This document shows positions 58,522 through 64,000 of a DNA stretch of 64,000 bases, piece by piece. The translations under genes were made by a program, and so were the position numbers. Numbering within the stretch: position 1 is the stretch's first letter; each line of letters opens with the position of its first letter. The notes below the pieces were generated by a model, which saw nothing but the letters and a program-made list of their open reading frames with translations, did not search any database and was not told where the DNA came from. Source of the DNA: Bacteroidota bacterium (GTDB lineage: Bacteria; Bacteroidota; Bacteroidia; Palsa-948); assembly GCA_016195025.1 (NCBI GenBank), contig JACQAL010000042.1, forward strand, positions 16,925-80,924, given 5' to 3'.

Positions 58522-58705
58522 TTTAATATGAGTTCGGCTAATCCCCATTTTTGCTCTCCATTCTATTCCCCGACCTGAAGGTTGGGGCAATGGAGTGCAA
58601 ACAATAGCCCCGACTTTTAAGTCGGGGGTAAAAGCACACTATGCGAATCCGGGCTTCAGCCCGAATTTGTTCCGAACCCATGTTAATTTATTCCGCCAAA
58701 GAAAA

Positions 58706-58745
58706 AGCCCGCACAAGTTTTTTTGTACGGGCTTTTTTGTTTGAA
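58706..58745. terminator. bidirectional rho-independent terminator
   Basis: aaaaaGCCCGCACaagtttttttGTACGGGCttttttg. Stem with T/A runs on both sides. Confidence 0.6.
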
Positions 58746-58775
58746 AGCAGTTTGCCTGCCTGCCGCAGGCAGGAT

Positions 58776-59108
58776 TCAACTGGCTGCCGCTGCCAAACTC
58801 GGCTTGAGGTTTGGAACCTGCGCTTTCAGAAAACGGATTTGCTCGCGCAGCGATGCGTTGTCTTTGCGAAGATTGGCGTTGTCTTCTTTCGTATTGGCGA
58901 GTTCTTCGCGCAGGTTCGAAATGGTTGTCTTCAGTTCGGTGCTGCGCTCTTCCATCTGGTTCTTTTTTCCCGCCACGCTGTCGAACCGCTTGCGCAGATA
59001 CTCGTTTTCTTTTTTCAGTTCTTCATTGTCTTTCCGCAGGTCCTTCATGGTGGTGAGTTTTTGCCATCCCGGACGCTGGTACAAATCGAGTAGTTTGGTT
59101 CTTCCCAT
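58776..59108 (-). CDS. coiled-coil protein, hypothetical
   Basis: 110 aa, heptad-rich (..LRKDNEELKKENEYLRKRF....LREELANTKEDNANLRKDNASLREQI..). The complementary strand is also open (low-complexity artefact), so confidence is modest. Confidence 0.4.
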   Translation of the reverse strand: MGRTKLLDLYQRPGWQKLTTMKDLRKDNEELKKENEYLRKRFDSVAGKKNQMEERSTELKTTISNLREELANTKEDNANLRKDNASLREQIRFLKAQVPNLKPSLAAAAS

Positions 59109-59221
59109 AAAAAATTATTAATCGTTGGTAATTAGTTTTTGTGTGAGCAATTTTTTTGACGAACAAATATAATGAAAGAAATAACTTATGCAAAAAAAAT
59201 ATTTTAAGAAAATGTTCGCAA

Positions 59222-61489
59222 CTATTTGCCGAGTATTTTCATTTCCACCCTGCGGTTCAACTGCCTGCCTGCATCGGTATCGTTCGAAGCAACGGGCTGG
59301 CTCATGCCGTAGCCCTTGGCAGCAAGGCGCGTTTTGCTGATTCCTTTTTTCACCAGGTAATCCATCACTGCCGATGCCCTGCTCTGAGAGAGTTTCTGGT
59401 TTTGTTTTTCATTTCCCTTGTTGTCTGTATGCCCGGAAATTTCCACGTGTATCTCCGGTTTGTCTTTCAGCAGTTTCACAATCTTGTCGAGTTCCACATT
59501 TGATTCCTTGCGTATATTGGATTTATTGAAATCAAAAAATAAATTGTTCAATATGATTTTGCTTCCCGCCACCACCGGCTGAAGCACAACGGTTTTTTCA
59601 ACGGATGAATACACCTGCTCTTTCGGCAAGTTCACATTCTCTGTTTGAAATAAAAATCCTTCGGCTTCAAAAGAAAGATTGTAATTGTTTCCGCGCTGAA
59701 GCACAAAAGAAAATTTTCCGGCATTGTCGCTGGCATATTCCCCGATTGATTTTCCGGTGGTGTTATCCGCCACATTTATTTTCGCGCTCTTCACAATTTT
59801 TTTCTGAATGTCAATCACCGTTCCTGAAACGCCCACGGTTCCCAACTGCTGCTTTTCCATTTTCACATCTTTCAGAATAAAAACCATTTCGGTTTCCAGG
59901 TATTCTTTGCCGGGGTCAAGGCGGTAGGTGTTGGTTATGGTATGATATCCTTCCGCTTCGTAAGCAAACGTATACGTTCTTCCGTGCGGAAGTATGAGCA
60001 GGTATTTTCCGGTCTTTGCATTGGGCGCGTAATTTCCCACCGCATCTCCGTTGCTGGTATTCGTTACGGTGATGTTCACTCCTTCGGGAGTTTTTCCGAA
60101 ATCATCCACCACCGAGCCGCGCAGCACCGTGAGTTTTGATTCTTCTTTTTCCGGGAAGGTGAGCATGTAAATATCTTTGTCGCCATAACTATCCTGCGAG
60201 AAGGAAGAATAATAGGCGCGCTTGTTGTCAACGGTGGGAACAAAAAAAACATCGTCACCGGTTGTATTCACAGGATAACCGATGTTCACCGGTTCCGTCC
60301 ATCCGCCTTTGCCTGTATCCACCGGGTGGCTGTAAAAAATATCGAAGCCGCCCATTGTTTTATGTCCTGTGGAAGCAAAGTAAAGTGTTTTTCCATCGGG
60401 ATGAAGAAAGCAGGCATCCTCATCGTAAGGCGTGTTAATGGCGGGACCCAGATTTATTGCCGAACTCCATTCGCCCGAGGGAAGTTTTTTGCATCGGTAA
60501 ATATCTCTTCCGCCATAGCCGCCCGGGCGGTTGCTCACAAAGTAAAGCGTGTTTCCATCGGCAGAAAGCGTTGCGTGCGATTCCCAATACGGGCTGTTCA
60601 CATCGCCTCCCACTTTTTCGGGCGTTGTCCAGAAATCGCCTTCCAGATGCGTGATGTAAATGCTTCCTTCTTCATCATCGTCTTTGTAAATGAAAACAAT
60701 TTGTCCGTCTGCTGAAATTCCAATGGTGGCTTCGTGCCCGGCTGTGTTGATGGGTGTTCCGATATTTTTTGCGGGCATCCATCCGGAATCTTCGGTATTA
60801 TAGGAAATATAAATGTCTTCAAAATATCTTCCGTCCACATCCGCCACTTTATCGGAATCATTGCGCGGTCTGCGTGAAGTGAAAAGCATCATGGATTCAT
60901 CGGCAGAAATTACGGGCGAATACTCCGGATATTTTGTGTTGATGTTCTGCCCGAGATTTTTCAGAATAAGATTTACGGGATTTGCCGTTAACTCTTTTGC
61001 GTTGTTGCAAATTTCGATTCGGTGATTCAGGTCGGCAATCGCTTTCGTGTCTTTCTCCGAAATATACGTTTTGAATTTAGTGTAGGTTTCAATGGCTTCA
61101 TCGAAACGGTAACTGCGGTGATAGGCATCGGCAAGATAACGGTAAGCAATCACAGGCGCTTTTGTTTCGTTGAATGAACCGGGGCTTGCCTGCACCGAAG
61201 TTTTTGCAACCGCGCGTTCCAGATAATTCACCGCCATGCTTGCTTCGGTGGAAGATTGAAGATAGCAAACGCCCACTTTATAATTCCAGTTGGCATTGTT
61301 CTGATTTTGTTCCACCAGTTGCAAATAAAGTTCGAGCGCTTTGGGATAATTTTCATCCTGAAAAAATTTTTCCGCATTGCCGAACAGGGCATGGTAGTCG
61401 GGCTTTTTCACTTTCGGGTCTGCGACTTCCTGTGAAAAAGATGCTGTGGTTATGTTCAGCAAGACAGCAATAAGGAAAATTTTTTTCAT
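59222..61489 (-). CDS. OmpA-family protein with N-terminal TPR and PD40/WD40-like beta-propeller repeats
   Basis: Signal peptide. C-terminal OmpA domain (NFDFNKSNI....L..IV..L......V.I.GHTDN.G....N..LS..RA..V..YLV..GI....L...GYG...P...N.T..GR..NRRVE). Confidence 0.85.
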   Translation of the reverse strand: MKKIFLIAVLLNITTASFSQEVADPKVKKPDYHALFGNAEKFFQDENYPKALELYLQLVEQNQNNANWNYKVGVCYLQSSTEASMAVNYLERAVAKTSVQASPGSFNETKAPVIAYRYLADAYHRSYRFDEAIETYTKFKTYISEKDTKAIADLNHRIEICNNAKELTANPVNLILKNLGQNINTKYPEYSPVISADESMMLFTSRRPRNDSDKVADVDGRYFEDIYISYNTEDSGWMPAKNIGTPINTAGHEATIGISADGQIVFIYKDDDEEGSIYITHLEGDFWTTPEKVGGDVNSPYWESHATLSADGNTLYFVSNRPGGYGGRDIYRCKKLPSGEWSSAINLGPAINTPYDEDACFLHPDGKTLYFASTGHKTMGGFDIFYSHPVDTGKGGWTEPVNIGYPVNTTGDDVFFVPTVDNKRAYYSSFSQDSYGDKDIYMLTFPEKEESKLTVLRGSVVDDFGKTPEGVNITVTNTSNGDAVGNYAPNAKTGKYLLILPHGRTYTFAYEAEGYHTITNTYRLDPGKEYLETEMVFILKDVKMEKQQLGTVGVSGTVIDIQKKIVKSAKINVADNTTGKSIGEYASDNAGKFSFVLQRGNNYNLSFEAEGFLFQTENVNLPKEQVYSSVEKTVVLQPVVAGSKIILNNLFFDFNKSNIRKESNVELDKIVKLLKDKPEIHVEISGHTDNKGNEKQNQKLSQSRASAVMDYLVKKGISKTRLAAKGYGMSQPVASNDTDAGRQLNRRVEMKILGK

Positions 61490-61498
61490 CTTTCTGTT

Positions 61499-62815
61499 TT
61501 ATATTGTTTGGCTTGCGTCAAACTTTTCAAGGTAATCAGCCGCTCTTCTGAGAAAACTTCCGCCCAGCATTCCGTCCACCACGCGGTGGTCGTACGAAAG
61601 CGAGAGGAACATCATGCTGCGGATTACAATTGAATCTCCGAATTCAGTTTCCATCACCACCGGTTTTTTCTTGATGACTCCTGTTGCGAGAATGGCTGCC
61701 TGCGGCTGGTTGATAATGGGAGCGCCCATCACATTTCCGAAAACGCCCACGTTGGTAAGCGTGAATGTTCCGCCTTGCACTTCATCGGGCAAAAGTTTAT
61801 TTGCGCGTGCGCGTGCGGCTAAATCATTTACGGTTTTTGTGAGACCGAATAAATTATAGCGGTCGGCATTTTTTATTACCGGCACAATTAAATTTCCCGA
61901 AGGAAGCGCGGCTGCCATTCCGATATTTATATTCTTCCGCACAATTATTTTTGTTCCGTCCACCGAAACATTCACCATCGGAAAATCCTTGATGGCATTC
62001 ACCACTGCTTCGATGAACACCGGAGTGAATGTGATTTTTTCTCCTTCGCGTTTTTCAAAACTTGCTTTTATCTTATCTCTCCACTTCACAAGGTTAGTTA
62101 CATCGGCTTCCACATAGGATGTTACGTGTGGCGACACGCGCTTGCTCATCACCATGTGCTCGGCAATGAGTTTGCGCATGCGGTCCATCTCAATAATTTC
62201 ATCGTTGGGAGAAACAAAAACTTGTGGCGCGGAAATTTCGTGAAGAGGAGTTGAAACTTTTTTCACGCCATCTTTTTTTCTTCTGGGAACATAATCGAGA
62301 ATATCATGCTTGGTAACTCGTCCGTCTTTTCCCGTTCCTGAAATAGTTTCCAGTTCGGCAATGGAAATTCCTTCCTGCCTGGCAATATTTTTTACCAGCG
62401 GAGAATAAAACCTGCCTGCCGGCAAGGCAGGTTTTCCGGAAGAAGAAACTCGTTCAGCCGAAGCGCTTTCAGGAACTGGTGCAGCAACAGGCTCTCCGTT
62501 CTTTGAAGGAGTTTGAATTTGCGGTTTGGAAACAGAAGGAGTTTCTTTCGGCTTGACAGATATTGTTTCAGCAGCAGCGGTAGAAATAATTGCAATGGGT
62601 TTTCCCACCTGCACTACTTCTCCTTCTTTGAAAAGTTTTTTTGAGAGAGTGCCTTCGGCAGTGGAGGGAATTTCGGAATCAACTTTATCGGTGGCAATTT
62701 CGAGAACGGGCTCATCGAGCGCAATTTTGTCGCCTTCGTTTTTCAGCCATTTGATAATAGTGGCTTCGTGAACGCTCTCGCCCATTTTTGGCATTATCAG
62801 TTCAACTTCTGCCAT
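61499..62815 (-). CDS. 2-oxo acid dehydrogenase E2 component (dihydrolipoamide acyltransferase)
   Basis: N-terminal lipoyl domain (..EGTL.K......G..V.VG..I), peripheral subunit-binding domain (SPLVKNIARQEGI), and C-terminal catalytic domain with DHRVVDG. Confidence 0.9.
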   Translation of the reverse strand: MAEVELIMPKMGESVHEATIIKWLKNEGDKIALDEPVLEIATDKVDSEIPSTAEGTLSKKLFKEGEVVQVGKPIAIISTAAAETISVKPKETPSVSKPQIQTPSKNGEPVAAPVPESASAERVSSSGKPALPAGRFYSPLVKNIARQEGISIAELETISGTGKDGRVTKHDILDYVPRRKKDGVKKVSTPLHEISAPQVFVSPNDEIIEMDRMRKLIAEHMVMSKRVSPHVTSYVEADVTNLVKWRDKIKASFEKREGEKITFTPVFIEAVVNAIKDFPMVNVSVDGTKIIVRKNINIGMAAALPSGNLIVPVIKNADRYNLFGLTKTVNDLAARARANKLLPDEVQGGTFTLTNVGVFGNVMGAPIINQPQAAILATGVIKKKPVVMETEFGDSIVIRSMMFLSLSYDHRVVDGMLGGSFLRRAADYLEKFDASQTI

Positions 62816-62992
62816 CTTTCATTTTTTATGCGGGTGAAGATAGAAAAAAATTAAAACAGCAATCGTGTGGCAATTAAAAGCAAAAAAACCAGATTTACTC
62901 TTCCCACAAATTTTTTTTAATAATTACTCTTCTGAATTAAAATGTTTTATTATTTTTGCATCCATAAACCAATAAACAAAAAAACAACTACT

Positions 62993-63217
62993 ATGAAAAA
63001 GACATTACTGGTTCTCCTCGCTGTGGGAGCATTTGCTCTTACTTCCTGCAAGAAAAATTACACATGTTCTTGCACTACGAAAGACACAAGCAACTCCAGC
63101 GACCCTGGCATCACAGTTACTGCTACAGCAAAACTCAAAAAGAAAGATGCTAAAACATGGTGCGAAAACGGCACATCAACAGTTGGAACAATTCAAACAA
63201 CTTGCACTTTGCAATAA
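62993..63217 (+). CDS. small Thr/Cys-rich lipoprotein, hypothetical
   Basis: MKKTLLVLLAVGAFALTSC lipobox. 74 aa. Followed by a strong terminator. Confidence 0.45.
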   Translation: MKKTLLVLLAVGAFALTSCKKNYTCSCTTKDTSNSSDPGITVTATAKLKKKDAKTWCENGTSTVGTIQTTCTLQ

Positions 63218-63237
63218 GTTGAATTTTCTGAAAAGAA

Positions 63238-63268
63238 AAAGGTTGCCCCTGAAAGGCAACCTTTTTTA
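63238..63268 (+). terminator. rho-independent terminator
   Basis: aaaAGGTTGCCcctgaaaGGCAACCTtttttatttt. Confidence 0.65.
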
Positions 63269-63290
63269 TTTTTAGAAGAGGAAAAAAATT

Positions 63291-64000
63291 ATGGTGAAAA
63301 AAATAATTTCTTTTTTACTGCGGCTAATCATTGGCGGAACTTTTATTGCTTCTGCTTATGCCAAATTATATCCGGTAGAAATTTTTGAAATGAAATTTGT
63401 GGAAACAAATCTCATTGGCTGGAATGTGGCTCCTTTTATTGCCCGGTTTTTTATTGCCATTGAATTTATGCTCGGAGCGTTTTTAATTCTCAATATCAGT
63501 TTTAAGTTTGCAATCAAAAGCAGTATCGCCATTCTTTTATTTTTTTCATTCTACTTATTATATGTAATTATTTTTCAGCCGCAGGAAGAAGATTGCGGCT
63601 GTTTTGGAATTTATTTGAAAATGTCTCCGCAGATTTCTCTTCTTAAAAATGTTGTATTGCTTGCAATGAGTTTTCTATTGCTGCGGTTTAACAAAACAAA
63701 CGCTCACTGGAAATTTCTGCAATGGGTTCGGCTTGCAATTATTGTTTCTTCGCTGGCGCTTCCTTTCATCTTGAATCCTGTGTTTGCCGAAATGCCGCCC
63801 AATGCATTCAATGCGGATTTAGTGGGAAAGAAATTAGATACCTCTGCATTAAAAGATTTCACCGATGCGCAAGGAAATAAAATAGATATTCAATCAGGAA
63901 AAAAAATAATTTGCTTCTTCAGCATGCAATGCAGGTTTTGCAAACTCACTGCAAAAAAAATCGGCATCATTCAGAAAAAACTTTCCAATGAAGAGTTGCC
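63291..64000 (+). CDS. DoxX/MauE-like membrane domain fused to TlpA-like thioredoxin domain (partial, runs off window)
   Basis: N-terminal 4-TM DoxX-like region, a CGC motif in a membrane helix, then the start of a thioredoxin-like domain (..GKKIICFFSMQCRFC..). No stop before the window end. Confidence 0.55.
   Translation, partial: MVKKIISFLLRLIIGGTFIASAYAKLYPVEIFEMKFVETNLIGWNVAPFIARFFIAIEFMLGAFLILNISFKFAIKSSIAILLFFSFYLLYVIIFQPQEEDCGCFGIYLKMSPQISLLKNVVLLAMSFLLLRFNKTNAHWKFLQWVRLAIIVSSLALPFILNPVFAEMPPNAFNADLVGKKLDTSALKDFTDAQGNKIDIQSGKKIICFFSMQCRFCKLTAKKIGIIQKKLSNEEL

Noticed and set aside
58540-58700. Possible tmRNA/ssrA or other tRNA-like ncRNA (three hairpins, GCAAACAATAGCC reminiscent of a tag ORF)
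   Set aside because: There is no GGGG...CCACCA acceptor pairing, no TΨC-arm GGTTCGAATCC, and no plausible ANDENYALAA-type tag frame. More likely repeat-derived hairpins.
59240-59262. CAACTGCCTGCCTGC resembling repeat family 4 inside the OmpA gene
   Set aside because: It encodes the universally conserved OmpA-domain motif ..GRQLNRRVE.., so the similarity is coincidental rather than an insertion.
1-64000. tRNA, rRNA, riboswitch or CRISPR-Cas loci
   Set aside because: No cloverleaf-compatible segments, rRNA-like conserved blocks or cas genes were recognised by eye. This cannot be excluded without a covariance-model scan.

Overview
This window reads as a low-GC Bacteroidota chromosomal segment. 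The phylum call is inference from three things: a short-form NuoG, many T9SS C-terminal sorting domains, and a Bacteroidetes-type -33 TTTG / -7 TAnnTTTG promoter. I see no rRNA, tRNA or CRISPR.

Left third (minus strand): a DAACS-family symporter, then a complex I operon running nuoE-F-G-H-I-J-K-L-M-N. nuoA-D are not in the window. The operon is interrupted three times by small accessory cassettes. A GxxExxY protein sits between nuoE and nuoF. A very AT-rich two-gene cassette of unknown function sits between nuoF and nuoG. Between nuoG and nuoH there are three tightly packed genes: a 100-aa basic protein with a faint colicin-DNase/HNH-like motif, then a RelE/ParE toxin-antitoxin pair.

Middle: a conserved housekeeping block of ORF6N-ileS-dksA/traR-lspA, RNase H, gatA, tatA, a Tat-signal Fe/Mn superoxide dismutase, etfAB and a NupC transporter.

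Right two thirds: many large T9SS cargo proteins (GH9 cellulase, PKD, SBBP/Ig, FN3-like). Mixed among them are a LuxR-type regulator, a 21-bp x15 tandem-repeat ORF with its own canonical promoter and a large downstream hairpin, a SAM methyltransferase plus MBL-fold pair, recX, a prolyl oligopeptidase and a four-helix-bundle gene flanked by inverted GGAATG arrays. An O-antigen-ligase-like gene has had its 3' end rebuilt by a DUF433/DUF5615 toxin-antitoxin cassette that carries ~80-bp flanking direct repeats. The block ends with an OmpA/PD40 protein, a 2-oxo-acid dehydrogenase E2 and a partial DoxX/TlpA-like gene.

The most unusual theme is at least five families of small palindromic or tandem repeats scattered through the window. 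Several copies sit in frame inside essential genes (nuoL, nuoN, gatA, signal-peptide regions), which resembles the Rickettsia RPE situation. There is also a MITE-like element with 14-bp terminal inverted repeats. No single complete defence system of a known type is recognisable. The strongest candidates for new biology are the accessory cassettes threaded into the nuo operon, the tandem-heptad repeat locus, and the in-frame repeat insertions.
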